A program made the translations under genes and the position numbers. DNA of 64,000 nucleotides from the human T2T-CHM13v2.0 reference genome, Homo sapiens: assembly GCF_009914755.1 (NCBI RefSeq), contig NC_060930.1. One strand, 5' to 3'. The notes beneath the pieces were generated by a model. The model did no database searches and was not told the origin of the DNA. It saw nothing but the letters and a program-made list of their open reading frames with translations. Below are positions 12,560 to 27,295 of the stretch, one piece after another. Within the stretch, counting starts at the first letter, position 1; every line of letters starts with the position of its first letter.

Positions 12560-13466
12560 CTCAGTTTCATTCTTCTGCATATGGATAGTCAGTTACTCCA
12601 GCACCATTTATTGAATACGGACTTTCTCCATTGCTTATTTTTGTCAACTTTGTCAAAGATCAGTTGGTTGTAGCTATGCAGCTTTATTTCTGGGTTTTCT
12701 ATTCTGTTCCATTGGTCTATGTGTCTGTTTTTGTACCAGTACCATGCTGTTTTGGTCACTGTAGCCTTGTAGTATAGTTTGAAGTCAGGTAATGTGATGC
12801 CTCTGGCTTTGTTCTTTTTGCTTAGGATTGCTTTGGATATTTGGGCTCTTTTTTTTTTTGGTTCCATAAGGATTTTAGAAGTTTTTTCTAATTCCGTGAA
12901 AAATGACATTGGTAGTTTGATCAGAATAGCATTGAATCTGAAGATTGTTTTGGCAGTATGGACTTTTTAAAGAATTGATTCTTCCAATTCATGAGTATGG
13001 AATGTTTTTCCATTTGTTTGTGTCATCTATGATTTCTTTCAGAAGTGTTTTGTAGTTTTTCTTGTAGAGATGTTTCACTTCCTTGGTTAGATGTATTCCT
13101 AGGTATTTGTGTGTGTGTGTGTGGCGATTGTAAATGAGATTAGGTTCTTGATTTAACGCTCAGCTTGAACATTATTGGTGTATAGAAATGCTGGTGATTT
13201 TTGTACATTGATTTTGTATCCTGAAACTTTACTGAAGTCATTTATCAGTTCCAGGAGCCTTTTGGCAGAGTCTTTAGGGTTTTCTAGGTATAGAAACATA
13301 TCATCAGTGAAGAGAAATAATTCGTCTTCCTCTTTTCCTATTTGGATGCCTTTTATCTTTTCTCTTGCCAGATTGCTCTGGCTAGGACTTCCAGTACTAT
13401 GTTGAATAGGAGTGGTGAGAGTGGGCATCCTTGTCTTATTCTAGTTCTTGAGGGGAATGCTTCCAG
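12560..13466 (-). mobile_element. L1PA15/16-like element, 5'-truncated remainder
   Basis: Continues ORF2 just beyond where 4620-5778 stops ([21 protein letters not shown]); aagttctattt repeated at ~4611 and ~13471 as the TSD. Confidence 0.88.
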
Positions 13467-13479
13467 GAAAAAGTTCTAT

Positions 13480-14582
<1,103 letters not shown>

Positions 14583-15934
14583 AAACCAGGGTCCAACATT
14601 AAAATGTACATGATTTCTAATTACATAAAAATCTTTGCTAATTCATAGAAATGTGACTGGAAAGAAATACAACAAAGCACTGATAATCACAGTTACTGGA
14701 CAGTGGGATGAACAGTAATGCATATTTCTGTCTGTATTCTTTCCTATACTCTCCACATTTTCTCAAATAATCATGTTTTCTTTTTTAGAGGAAAAACAGC
14801 ATTATTACAAAAAAGAAAGGAGCCAAAGATCTTAAGTCACCATGGCTCCTTCTATTGCCCGCTGAGCTGTGTCTCCCAAGCTCACTGACCTTCAGAGGCT
14901 TTGTTCATAAAATAAGGACAATGGTATCTAAGAGTCTTCACAGAATTGCTGTGAAGATAAAATAAGAAAACGACATGCTTTGTAAATTGTAAAGCATTGT
15001 ACAAATGTTAGCTGTTACTAACATTATAACACAGAATTAATTCCAATAATCTGAGAGAAGAGAAAAGAAATTCATAATAAGATACCTCAGGCTTTGACAT
15101 AGGAACTAGGAAAATACAAGAATAAGCTAAGAATAGAAAGAAGTAAAACATCCACAGGAATCCTGGAGAATGTTCACTAGCATATCTCAGGAAGCTCAGA
15201 GAAAACATTTAACAAGAAGCCAAAAAAAAAAAAATTCACAAGGCAACCAAATATTAACAGCACTGCTTGGCTAACAAGCCACACATGATATTTTGTCTTT
15301 AGGTTTTTTAGCTTTCTGTTTTGTTTCATTTTGTTTTTTCAAGTCTTCTGAAAATTGAGAAATGATCAAGTTGGGAGAATGGAGGAGTTCACTCATTGTG
15401 ACAGGCAGATAAAAATTAGAGATAACTTAGGTCAAAATCTATTGAAGAAGCATCTTGCTCCAAAAGTCAAAATCAGCACCCAGAGGGAGAAAACTGGAGG
15501 ACAGAGAGGGCACTTAATGATCACAGGGCCAGGACTGGACTCAGAAATGACAAGGACCCAGCAAAAGGATTCAAATTCTTTACCTTGCAAAGGAAAATGC
15601 CTGTGGCCACTCGTTGCTGCCCACTCCTTCCTATACAAGACTCTCCTATTCTTGCTTCTTGAGTGCTCACCTGTCCCACTCCCCTGCAGCTCCCTCTCTG
15701 ACTTCCCTTCCCTCCCCACTCCACACTGTGCCTGCTCTAAGGGTCCTTTTTCACTCCCTGCTCTTGCCTATCCTCCCTGTTATTTCTCCCTGTTCTAGCT
15801 AACACCTTCAAATCTACATCTTCATGCAGGATCATTTCTCAACCCCCTTACCATCTCTCTAAATGCCTCTCAGACACACACCCCCAGAAGCCTTGCTGCC
15901 CCTGGAAACTAAGCCTGCAGCCAAATGCGTCTTC

Positions 15935-16142
15935 CTTTTTTTTTTTTTTTTTTTTTTTATTATACTTTAAGTTCTAGGGTACATGTGCACAACGTGCAGG
16001 TTTGTTACGTATGTATACTTGTGCCATGTTGGTGTGCTGCACCCATTAACTCGTCATTTACATTAGGTATGTCTCCTAATGCTATCGTTCCCCTCTCCCC
16101 CAACCCCACAACAGGCCCCGGTGTGTGATGTTCCCCTTCCTG
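15935..16142 (-). mobile_element. Short 5'-truncated L1PA4/5-like 3' end
   Basis: Poly(T) then tattatactttaagttctagggtacatgtgcacaacgtgcagg; TSD aaatgcgtcttc. Confidence 0.93.
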
Positions 16143-17084
16143 TGCGTCTTCTAAAAAAAATGCGTCTTCTAAAAAAAACGCAAACAAACCAGTGAAAGTG
16201 GGTTCAATGTATCCTTACTTGCTAGTCCTAATAACAATTCTGCTAGAAACAATTTCCTCTTGTGCTTCTTCTTCTCATCCCAAACTAAACTGATCATGTC
16301 CCAAATACTATTAATACAATCTTTCATATTTTTTTCTACCAGGCCCTTCCACCTGCCCCCATCCCAGTCCAGAGATTGATAGGTCACTGTGGCAGCTTTC
16401 TGATTACCTTCTCATCACTGCATCTCCTCTCCCCAATCACTTGTAAATGCCACTGTCAAAGGGAGTTTTGCAAGACAACACTTTCTCCTCACTTGGATTC
16501 TCCCAACAAAGGCTTTCAATGACTACCTTAAAGGCCTATTAGATAAAGAACAAATGCTTTTCCTAACATTCAAGCTCCTGAGTCCTAGCTAAGGGCTGGA
16601 TGGATGGAAATGTCTTGGCCAAGTTCAAGGGTTGGGCCAAGATGGTGGCCAACATTAGATTTCAAGCATGAAGGCTAGGGATACCAGTTGTCATGAGTTA
16701 ATTGTGCATGGGCAGGGCTGTTAATGGTCAAAAAAAGAGTCAAGTCTTGGGAAAGAATATAATTGTCAACATTTGAGCATAAAGAACAACCTCCCAAAGC
16801 AGAATCATTCCAGAAATGGAAAGGAACACAGAGATGAGAGGCAGGAGGGTGGGCTTCAGAAACAAGGACAGAAGCCAAAGTTGGGGCCAAAGAGGCCCTT
16901 CCCATGGGCAGATCAGAAGTGTGCTTGCTCAGAGCCCAGGAGGCTGAGGTTGGGCAACATAGTGAATGTGAAGCCAACTCTGTGGAGCACTTGCTCCCCA
17001 CACAGTGCTCACTCTTCTCCATAGAATAAGGCAAGCTGTAGCTCTGAAAAAGTCAAGAGTGTAGCTTCTGGAAAATTAACCTAA

Positions 17085-17545
17085 AAGTATAGAAGCCACC
17101 CAAAGCATAGAAAGCATCCATTCATCAACTGATGAATGGATAGACAAAATGTTGTATATCCAATACAATGGAATATTATTCAGCCATAAAAAGGAATGAA
17201 GTATGTTGCATATTGCAACATGATAATACCTTGAAAGCATTTTATGCCAAGTGAAAGAAGCCAGAAACAAAAGGCCACATATTGTAAGATTTCATTTATA
17301 TAAAATGTCCAGCATATGCAGATCTCTAGAGACAGAAAGTATCACAGATTGGTGATTGCTTAGGGCTGGGAAGATTGGGAGGCTAATGGGTAATAATTAA
17401 GAGGTATGGGGTTTCCTTTTGGGGTAATAAAAATGTTGTAAAATTGATGGTGGATGAATGTACAACTCTATACTAAAACACATTGAATTATACACTGTAA
17501 ATGGTAAATTGTATGTTATATGAATTATATCTCAATAAAGCTGCT
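17085..17545 (+). mobile_element. L1MB-like 3' end
   Basis: gatgaatggatagacaaaatg...tgaattatatctcaataaagctg. Confidence 0.85.
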
Positions 17546-20390
17546 TTTTAACAAAGGTGGCAGTTGGTTCAAAGTAGACTTCAATTCTACACGACCAAAG
17601 AAAGAATCAAAAAATAAGTCAGCAAGGAAAAAGTGAATTTTATAACACCTCTATCCTGGCAGCTTGTGGAAAGCCCAAAGACGTGCTATGTAATCTTTTC
17701 TGTCTCCATTGCGAGATTATTTTCTTTTCTCTGCCCCTTGGTGCTACCTCTGCAGCTTATACATATTTCTGTTTCTCCTTCAATAGCAATAGATTATAAC
17801 TGTTGGCCACCCTGGCTGCTTCCCTACTGCACACTGTGGCTCTCAGAGGACTGAGACTGTTCCCTATTGGCTCCTATATCTCTAGTCCCTGGCACAAGAT
17901 TGATGCTGACTAAATAACTGTTGAATTGATATTAATGTTATAAATCCTGGTCCCTTTTATCTAAAAAATCTTACTATCTGATGAGAAACTAGTAACACTA
18001 GTTGCTGATGAGGAGAACTCAGTAGTTAGGGAGAGGGATGGGAGAGAAGCATTTTGCACACCCTTTAGTACCTCTGGAATTTCATGTATGTCAATATGTC
18101 ACCTTCTCCCCAGATAAATTAATTTAATGTTTTAAATTGTTTAAAAATATATCATTTATTAGCAAAGACACAGAATTCATGCATTTGACAAAACAGAGAA
18201 CTGTAGAATGTGACAAAGCTCTCAGGAGAGCAGACTCAGACAGCAAACTCTTCAGTGGGAGGCCCAGGGGAGTGGAAATCAAAGTCCCCAGGAGACCAGA
18301 GTGGAGAGAATTATAGCTCTCTTCTCATAATTCTAAGGAAGCAATTGTAGTTCTCCATTCATTCTTGGTAATGACATCAGGGTTTCTCTGCCAGCCTCAA
18401 CAATCTCACCACTGCCAGTCTCAAGGCTGATACAGATTCATCCACATCATGTGGCATTCACATCCTTGCTGCCATGCCCACCTGTCCACTCAGGAGGACA
18501 GCTGCTGCAGCCAGAAACTGGGAGAGAAGACCTCATTGCTGGGCAGAATTACTCACTAACTAGTACAGCATACGAAGACCACCCTCGCCACACAAGGAGA
18601 GGCACACCTGGAAGCACTGGAAGAGAGGCTAACCTCGTCCCCCATGCCCTTTCCTCCTTTCTTTGAAGGTTTTTCCCCTCTCTTGGGACCACTTATGCAC
18701 CTTAAGACCCCTGGACCCTCATGCTGCACCTCATTGTCCCTAAGCACTGACGCACATCACAGTGAGAAAATAGAAAATAATGGGACCCAAATGTCCCCAA
18801 AAGACACCAGCCCTCACAGGGAGCCAGCACCTGGTTGGGGTACACTTTGAAATGGCCTGTAGATGTCTCAGCCTCTGCCTCCTCCAAGTAAGCACCCTGA
18901 AAGCAGCTCTGCAACTCCTCACCATTCATCACCAGCCCCCAGCATAGTCCCGGTACATGACAGGCAGTATTTGTTGTTTAGCTAACAATGAATGAGCATG
19001 TAGTAGTGCCATGCACTGTTGCAGTTCATTTAATCCTGACATCAGCCTTAAGAGGCAAATGCTATTAGTCCCATTTTACAAGTAAGTCACAGAGAACTTG
19101 AAATCACTTGCCCAAGAGCCCACAGCTACTAAGTGACAGAACCAGGACACAAACTCAATCGGCTACAGAATTCTTTAGCTTAACTGAAATGCTCATGACT
19201 CATACAAGAGATATTGAAAGTGTGTGTGTGTCAGGGTGAAGGTGGGCAGGGGCAGGGGTAGAAGGAAGAAAGAGAAAGACAAGAAAAGAAGGGTGGTAGG
19301 CAGGGAGGGACAGAGGAGGAGAAAAAGTGAGGTGGATGGAAGGGAGGCCACTAGGTCCCGGGCACAGGCTTTCCACCTTGAGAGGCAGCAACTCTATACG
19401 GTCAGTACCCTACAGTCCAGAGACTGACCCAGGTTGAACAAACTCTCAAGTGACTGATGAATAAGCCAGAATATCAATCAGTTTATTAGTTTCAGAGAGA
19501 ACTATTACTTCCAAGAAAACCAGAGCCTCACGTCCATTGGTGGGAGGTCAATGTACATGGGAAAAGGATCAGCCTCATCTGAAGCTTGCGTGGAAAGCAA
19601 GGACTCGGTGCCAGAGAGCCACAGGATGATGTTAATGGCTTGTGTCAGTGAGTTATGATTGTCTGGTGCTCCCTGCTCCTCCTAGACCCATCTGTCAAGC
19701 AGAGCGGATGTTTCTGTCAGCCAGTCGGGACCCCTTGCTTTGGACAATGCCGGAAAAACACTGACAAATTACTGCTCCGTGGCATCCCCTTCCTCTAGAC
19801 CATGCACAGACCACCCCACTTTGGTTAATACATTTGTTTCCCAGACGAGGCACATTGTGATTGATTAGATTTCACAATTGATTAGGTTTCACAATCCCAG
19901 ATGTTTAACTTCATTATGCATGGATTCTTCTTACTAACATAATCTCAGAGGACAACCATGTTCTGAAAAATAAAAAGGGGAAAAAAACAGGACTTATTCT
20001 CAGGCCTGTTGCTGCTCTCATCCTCTAAGTTGGCTCTTTGTCTCAGAAAAGGGTCCAGTTTGTGTCTTCACAGTGTGAACAAATTGGGAACTGGTTGGGA
20101 GGGGGACATGATGGGATGGGATGAAAACCAAGCCTGGATTAAGGAGGCTGACTCCACTGCAGAGGAATGAGCTTACAGCTCAAAAAACTGTGATGCTACT
20201 CTAGTTAGTCTAATTTAATCCTAGCTGCTTGTGAAGGCCATGCATAGGCTGCCTAGCTTATCAAATTTCTCTGGTACAGTACAAGACCTTATAACCAGTA
20301 GCAGAATTTTTTGGTGTCACTACTAAAAGTCATATTTAAATTTACCAAGCACCTTCTACATTGTAGATGTTGTGTCAAACTCTTACACGC

Positions 20391-20976
20391 ATGTGTTAGT
20401 TAACCATTGCTGTGTAACAAATTATCTTCCACGATTCAGCGTCTTAAAACAACATGCATCGACTGTCTTGCAGTTTCTGTGGGTCCAGGCACAGCCTAGC
20501 TGGGTCCTCTGGCTCTCACAATGCTGCAGTCTCATCTTGAGGCTGGACTGGGAAAGACTCACTTCCAAGCTCATGTCCATGATTATTGTAAAGATTTCTT
20601 CCCTCTTGAATTGTTGGACTGAGAGTTCTCCTCCTCAGGGAGCCCCCATGAGCTTTTGGCTGGAGACCTCCACACTTCCTTACTATGTGCCCTTCTCCAT
20701 AGACCATCTCATACCATGGCAGCTTGCCTCATTAGACTGAGCAAGTGAGAGGGCAAGGAACAGTACCAGTGACAGAAAGAGAGAGAGAGAGAAGGAGAAC
20801 GCTAGCAAGAAAGAAGTCACAGACTACAGACTTAACCATGGAAGTAACAACCCCTTACTTCGCTCTATTCCATTTGTTAGAATCAAGTCACTAGGTCCCA
20901 TGCACACTCAACGGGATGGGATACAGAGGGGATAAATACTAGGAGGTGGGGATTGTTGGGAGCCAGTCAGAAGCAC
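20391..20976 (-). mobile_element. MaLR LTR (MLT1-type)
   Basis: tgtgttagttaaccattgctgtgtaacaaatta...ttagaatcaagtcactaggtcc. Confidence 0.75.
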
Positions 20977-21627
20977 ATGACCTCCTCAAGGCAACCCTGT
21001 GAGATAGATGCTATTCCTGTTCTATGAATTTTCCAGATGTGGAAGCTCAGAGAGGTTAAGTCAGTTGTCCAAAGTCACATAGCTTGCTGATGGTGGAATC
21101 AGATCTCACATACGAATCTGATTTTATAATCATTCACTGAGTTCAGCTTGGTCAAGTGATTTTCCCATAGTGGTCCCAATATCCTATCAAAAGAAGGTCA
21201 CTCATTCTGTCAATGAGTAAGGTTGGTTGCCTCTAATTTAGCATGAGACTAATTTGAAGGGAGACCAATTTTTGGTGGCCACTAGCATCAGGACCAAGAT
21301 CTGGGCCTTTCCAATTCTGGACTTTGAATCTCAGACTTGCTGCAGAGATGTCCTGTGCTCCTCCTCCAACCTGGCTCTGTCAACACAAGGCAGTACCTCA
21401 CTCTTGGTCACTGCCTGGTTTCCCTTCCCTATTATTGTAGCTGATGTTTGTATATACAGTATTCCCCTTAGCAACCTGCCCAATGACATAACCCTGTAGC
21501 ACCAGGCATAGTTCAATAATGTCTCATAAACACTTATTAAACACTACTTTGTACCATGAATTGAGTGATGCAGAGAAAAATCAGACATTGCACCTATCCT
21601 CAAGACAGTCACAAAGTGTCTTGATTC

Positions 21628-21948
21628 TAGCATTGTGCCATCCAATACAGTAGCTACTGGTTACATCTGGCTACCAAGTACTTGCAATGTGGCTGGTCTG
21701 AAATGAGATAAGTTGTCACTCTAAAATAACAGTGGATTTCAAAGACATATGAAAAAAGTAAAAATATCTCATCAATATTTTTATATTGATTGTAAAACAA
21801 TAATATTTGGGGTATGTTGAATTAAATAAAATATACTATTGAAATTCATTTCACTTCTTTTTAGTTTTTTTAATGTGTAATGTGGCATTCCACATCGGAC
21901 TCACATTTGTGGCTCTTGTCACATTTCCCTTGGACCACCCTGGTCTAG
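21628..21948. mobile_element. MER33-like hAT-Charlie element
   Basis: tccaatacagtagctactgg...tgtggc...ttggaccaccctg, flanked by tctag. Confidence 0.75.
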
Positions 21949-22567
21949 AGGCAGGGAGTCACGTGATACCCACAATTCCCATTTATTGAGGGTTCACCCT
22001 GTGCCTGTGTTCCACATACTCTCTCTCTACATGGAACACAAGTTATTTCATCTAGTCCTCATAATAAACTCATGCAGTAGACATCATTATTTCCTCTTAC
22101 CACTAAAGCGGAGGCTCGGTGGACTGAAGCACCTTGCCTACAGCCACACAGTAAGTGGGTGAGCAAGACTGAGAAGCTATGGGGCTCCAGAGTCCATCAG
22201 AAAGAGGAATACACACCTGTGCTGTTCAGAGTGATGGACGCTGGAATGGAGCCACATGGGGAACCCAGGAGAAAGCATCCAACTCCACCTTGGAAGGCCA
22301 AGGAAGACCTCCAGATAGACATGACGCTTAAGCTGAGTAAGCCCAGAATAAAGATATCCACGAAGCCAACAGGCAGGAGAGAGCTTTCCCAGCAGAGGAA
22401 GCAGCTGGCGTGAAACCCCAGAAGCATGAAACTGCGTGGTGCATTCAGGGAACAGTGTGGGTTTGACATAAGAAAGTGGAGGGAGATAAGACGAGCAACA
22501 TAAGCAGAAACTTTGCAGTAAAAGAACTACACACCGTGCAGAGGGGTTTGGACTTTGTCCTGTTGGG

Positions 22568-22755
22568 TCAGTAGTCTCAACTCTGGCCGCGCATTGGAAT
22601 CACCAGGAGAACTTTTTAAAATACCAATGCCCAGGACCCATGTCAAAGCAATTAAATCGGAAGATCATAGGAGATGGTGATGAGGTGGCCCAGGCTCCAG
22701 AATTTGTTAAATACTCTCTCCAGCGATTCTAATGTGTGGCTGGGTTGAGAAGCTC
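22568..22755. mobile_element. MER5B-like hAT element
   Basis: cagtagtctcaac...cattggaatcacc...gattctaatgtg...ggttgagaa. Confidence 0.7.
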
Positions 22756-23399
22756 TTCATAGTATTAGGAATTTGCGGAATAGCTTTAAGAAATGAAGTC
22801 AAATGATCAGAGTTTTGTCTTAGGAAGATCATTCTGAGGGTTGCATCGAAAATGAATTATTTTCCATTCTCCAGTAACTCTGGAAGCCGGGAAACCAAGC
22901 GGGTTTCTACTGAAATAGTCCAGGTCAGGGATGCTGAGGCCTGAGGCCACGTAGATGAATGGAATGGCTGTGGGGGTTGAGGTGCGGAGCCCCCTGAGAG
23001 AGGCCCCTGCTATGGTTCTGACCACCTCCAGCCTCAAGCACTTCCAACTGCCTCCTGCATCTCTCCCACTAGGTGTCCCACAGACATCTCCAGCTCATCA
23101 CATCCTCATTGGAATTATTACATTCCCCCAGAGCCTGTTCCTGCAGGTTTTCCTAAGGTTTCCTTCATTCCCCTCATGGCTCCCTAGAAACCCTCCACCC
23201 CTCCAGGTCCATCATCAACTCCTCTCCCTCTCTCCCCTCTTTTCCCACATCCAATCAATCAGCAGGTCTTGTTGCTTTTATCCTCAAAGACTGTCAGAAC
23301 AGCTCTTCCCTGTCACTCCCCAGCCCCTCTCTTATTCAGGCTCTTTCATTTATGGCTTGAATCCTTGTGACATTCCCTGTGGCAATCGCTACTGGATTT

Positions 23400-23467
23400 G
23401 GATGTCCAAAGCCATTTGAAACTCTGATTCAATAGGTCGGGTGTAGGGCTCAGGCATCACACACATG

Positions 23468-23501
<34 letters not shown>

Positions 23502-23735
23502 CACAAAGAGATATAATCTCCCAAAGTTATTCTAACTTCGTTTTAGATATGTGGTTCTAAAAGTATGTCCTTGTACCAGCAGCATCAACATACCTGGGAA
23601 CTTGTTAGAAATGAAAATTCTTGGACCTCCACCCCAAGTCTACTGAATCAGAACCCTGGGGGTAAGACCCAGAGAGCTGTGCTTTAACAATCCCTTCAGG
23701 TCATTTTGATGCACATTCAGGTTCAAGAATCACCT
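23400..23735. mobile_element. MER5A/MER5-like elements with a (CA)n tract at 23459-23504
   Basis: accagcagcatcaacatacctgggaacttgttagaaatg...tactgaatcagaa; CA microsatellite. Confidence 0.7.
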
Positions 23736-23739
23736 ATCC

Positions 23740-24175
23740 AAACTACTCATGGAAATCTCATTCCCACTTGCTAATGATTGATTTTCAGTGTGCACATAAC
23801 CCAGTTCTGGCCAATGAAACATGAAAGAAAATCTTCCAGGAGGGCTTCTGGAAAAAAAATGTTTTCTCCCTGATAGAAAAAGGGAGCCATATTTTAAAAA
23901 AAGCTCTTTCTCCAATATGTATACTTTATGTGAGTAATAGGACCTGTTCTCATGTGAGGCTGTGATGCTTGGAGCTATGGCTGCTATCCTGGGACCATGA
24001 GGAGAAAGTGGAGAGGATCACAGGAAAGCTAATCCAAAACCTGATGTTAAACTTTCAAATTAATCAATTCTGGAACTTCCCAATCTTCATATCTGATGCA
24101 AGATCACTGTCATTCTTATTTAAGCCACTCTTAGTTATATACTTTCTTACTTGCAGCCAAAAGCATCCTGACTTC
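23740..24175 (+). mobile_element. ERVL-type solo LTR (LTR33-like)
   Basis: cccagttctggccaatga...tttaagccact...ttacttgcagccaaaagcatcctgac. Confidence 0.65.
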
Positions 24176-24242
24176 TATAGCCTCCTGACTGTTATCCATA
24201 GTTCCAGGCTCTTCCCTTCAAATCTATCCTACTGTGAGAAAC

Positions 24243-24683
24243 TGTGAAGGGTCTTAGATTTTACCCTATCTACAGGCTAACAACTGAGCATGAACCCTGG
24301 TGAAAGGCATAAAACTTCTTGGTCAGAGGCAAAATATTGTATTACTCATGGTACAGCAAGCACCATGTTTGCATCAGTTCCCCTTCTTCTCAAGTCACAC
24401 AGGGACAACACTGTGGGCCCATGTGGTACCTACACACCCAGTGGGTTGCATTACAGGAGAAGAACCCCAAGCCAAGGGCCCAAAAAAGCAGTAAGCAGCA
24501 AACAACAAATAGGTTCTCCTCCTGTCCTCCCAGGTAGGGATGGTTACCTTGCCCTACTTAGTCACCTTTATGACCAGATACAGAACTGCTCAGTATCGAG
24601 AAAGAGACAAACCCTGCAATCTGAGACATTCAGCAAAAAAGTGCAGGGAAGTTCAGAGCTCATAGTGAACTGCCTTTCCAACA
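24243..24683. mobile_element. ERV solo LTR (MER-type, subfamily not determined)
   Basis: TG...CA bounded; tgtgaagggtcttagattttaccctat...ggtcagaggcaaa...ttactcatggtacagcaag. Confidence 0.55.
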
Positions 24684-27295
24684 CCGTGTTTATCTTCCAG
24701 CTAGAGCTCCCAAATGTCCATGGCTGTAGTCACCTAAGTCCTTGCCTCAGATACCAGCAGAGTCTGAGCTAGCTTGAGCCCTTAATCATCCCTTCTCATT
24801 TCTGGCTGAAACCTATCACACCCTCCAAAAAAGACTGACTATGCCCCAGCGGCTCAAGGATACTCACCAGGCACTTTCTCTTACCTCCGCACAGAGTCCA
24901 CTTCTTGTCTGGCATCACAGTTTTCCAGACTTTCATCTTCCACCAGGCCCCTCCTCTCATCTGCATCTCTTTGAATTTATGCTTCAGTGACAGTCTCAGT
25001 CTTGATTCCCCTTTTGGTCCTACGTGCCCAGGGTTCTGCATTTTCCAGGGCAGTCCGAGTCTACTTTGTTCTCTCACCGCCAGCACCCTGGACTTCCACC
25101 AGTCCAGATGAGAGTTCAGACAAGCGGCTCCCTGTTGCCTCCTAAGCACATAACACTCCTCACTCTGGAATCAAAGCCCTACATGCCCTCCTCCAATTTC
25201 CTTCTCTGAAATTATCTCCAACTATCCCTCTACAGTCTACACACTCCCCAGGGTTCCTGGACTATGTGGTTTTCTCCATCCCATCTGTTGTTTTTCCCCT
25301 CTAGACCTTTCCTCATGATCTTTGCTGGATTTAGAATGTGCTCTTCCTCCCCACTCTGCTCCTGGGGAAATCCTATCCCTCCCTCAGGCCCATCTGAAAT
25401 GAAGACTTTGGTAAACCTCTGTACGGTTCTCTCCCTGCTGGCCAGGCCCTCTGCTTCTTTTCAACCCAGGGGCTGTGAGCTTCTCTTACAGTTCTCATCT
25501 TTCCAGTCTTCTGTGACGTCCTCCCAGGCTGGTCTCATTCCTGCTGCAAAATAAAAGCTCACAAAAGCAGGGACTACTTGATACTCCCTTTTGTCTCCCT
25601 TTCTGACCTGAGTACTGTTGCTAGCTCTGTTACTAATAGTGTTCTCCCCTAAATGCGTTTGAACACCATGACTGCTTTTTCCTAACTAAAGCAAATGAGA
25701 AAGCCCTGCTGTGAACTGCATCCCCGCCATGCTAGTCCATTTTTCTGCTGCCTTAGATACCAGAGGAGGGATGAAGCCTTCGTGTCACTGAAACTGATGT
25801 CACTTGTTGAGTCCGCCAAAGGGCAAATAGGCAAAATACAACTCTATAGGGGAAATATGTTGTGATTGGGGGTGTGCAAACTACACAATCTCCCAAACAG
25901 TGTGCTGAGAATTGATTCCAGGTATATCTGGATACTTCAGCCCTTGCAGTAGCTAGGTGGGGCCTGGATTGGGCTGAGCCTAGTGGGCTGTAAAAACATC
26001 ACTTTTGTGTATTTATGAAAATAAAAAGGATTGAAAGCCTAGCTTTAGGGATGTGGAATTCCTAGCACCAAAGGGCCTAGCATCTTGAGGGTCTAATCCT
26101 GCAAAGGTTTAGACTGTTTCACTCATAAGCACCAAATAAAGGGAATTGTCAATGAAATGAAGATAAGAATGAGGAGTTGAGAGGGGGACAGGCTATGCTG
26201 AAAAATGTGATGAAAGCTTGTGTATGGATTGGGACTAGGATGGAATGGCTCAGAAGAAACGAGATGGGCATAGGTCTAGCATGAATTGTGGTAAGAACAG
26301 GAGGCAATGGGTTAGAGAGGGAGTTAATGGAATTTGCGTGAGCTGGAAATAGGGTGGATGGATAGGGGAGTAAGGCTCCACCCAGAAAAACCCACCTGGC
26401 TTCCTCAATGTTTCCTTTCCTCCATCCTTCCCAGTACCCTGATGGATAGCTTTGCACAGATAAATTTTGTTCCCAGCCCATGTCCAAACAATATCACAAA
26501 ATCAGCCCTAGCCAGTTGTTTCTGTTTACAGCCCTGTCTGTGATTGATCCAGCTCTGGAAAAGCCCATTTATCATGAGGAACCAAAGCTTCATGGCCTAC
26601 TGTCTATTTTGTTGCTTTATTCCCTAGCACTAAATGGGACTTCAGGACCTCCCACTTGTTCCAGTACCCAATGACATGCCTATATTTCCACACTCAGTTT
26701 GCCCTTCCCTTCAGCCCCTCTAGCTCTCAGCCTTCCTGGGACCTTAAATAAGTCACGCAGCTCCTTTCACCAACTCTTTTCTTGTTCTCGTTACTTCTGG
26801 GCTCTTCTGCCTTTCTATCTCGTCTCCTTCTCTCAGCAGCTCACTGTCCTTTCCAATTTCAGCTGAAATCAGATTCCTTCTCCCTTGCCTTTGCTTTCCC
26901 ACCTCCCATGGCCTCTCTTATCATTTATTATTTAACTCAGTCACCATATTATGTATGCACAAGAGCCATTTCTGAACATGGTCGGCATGAAAAAAATAGG
27001 ACCCAAAGCAGAAGCAAACACCTCTTCCCTATCAGTCTCACAGCTCCATTGTCATCCTGCTCCAGTCCTGAGCAAGGTCCAGCGAAACAGCCAGATCTGG
27101 CCAACACACCCTCAAGCCCAATTAACTTCTTAGGTTGGACACAGGGAAAATTTCCAGATGGCTTTTTACAGATATCCTTCAATTTATGTAAGAGATGCCT
27201 TCCTGGAAGTGGATGTTTGAATGAAATTCCAAATGGAATATCAGGAGGGTCAGGCACACAGGATGTGTGGTTCAGAGACCCAGGTTCTATTCTTC

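Noticed and set aside
16607-16656. Fourth AATGT(CT)TGGCC...GGCCAACATT hairpin
   Set aside because: Needs a 2-nt bulge, the stem is short and no loop match was found; chance level.
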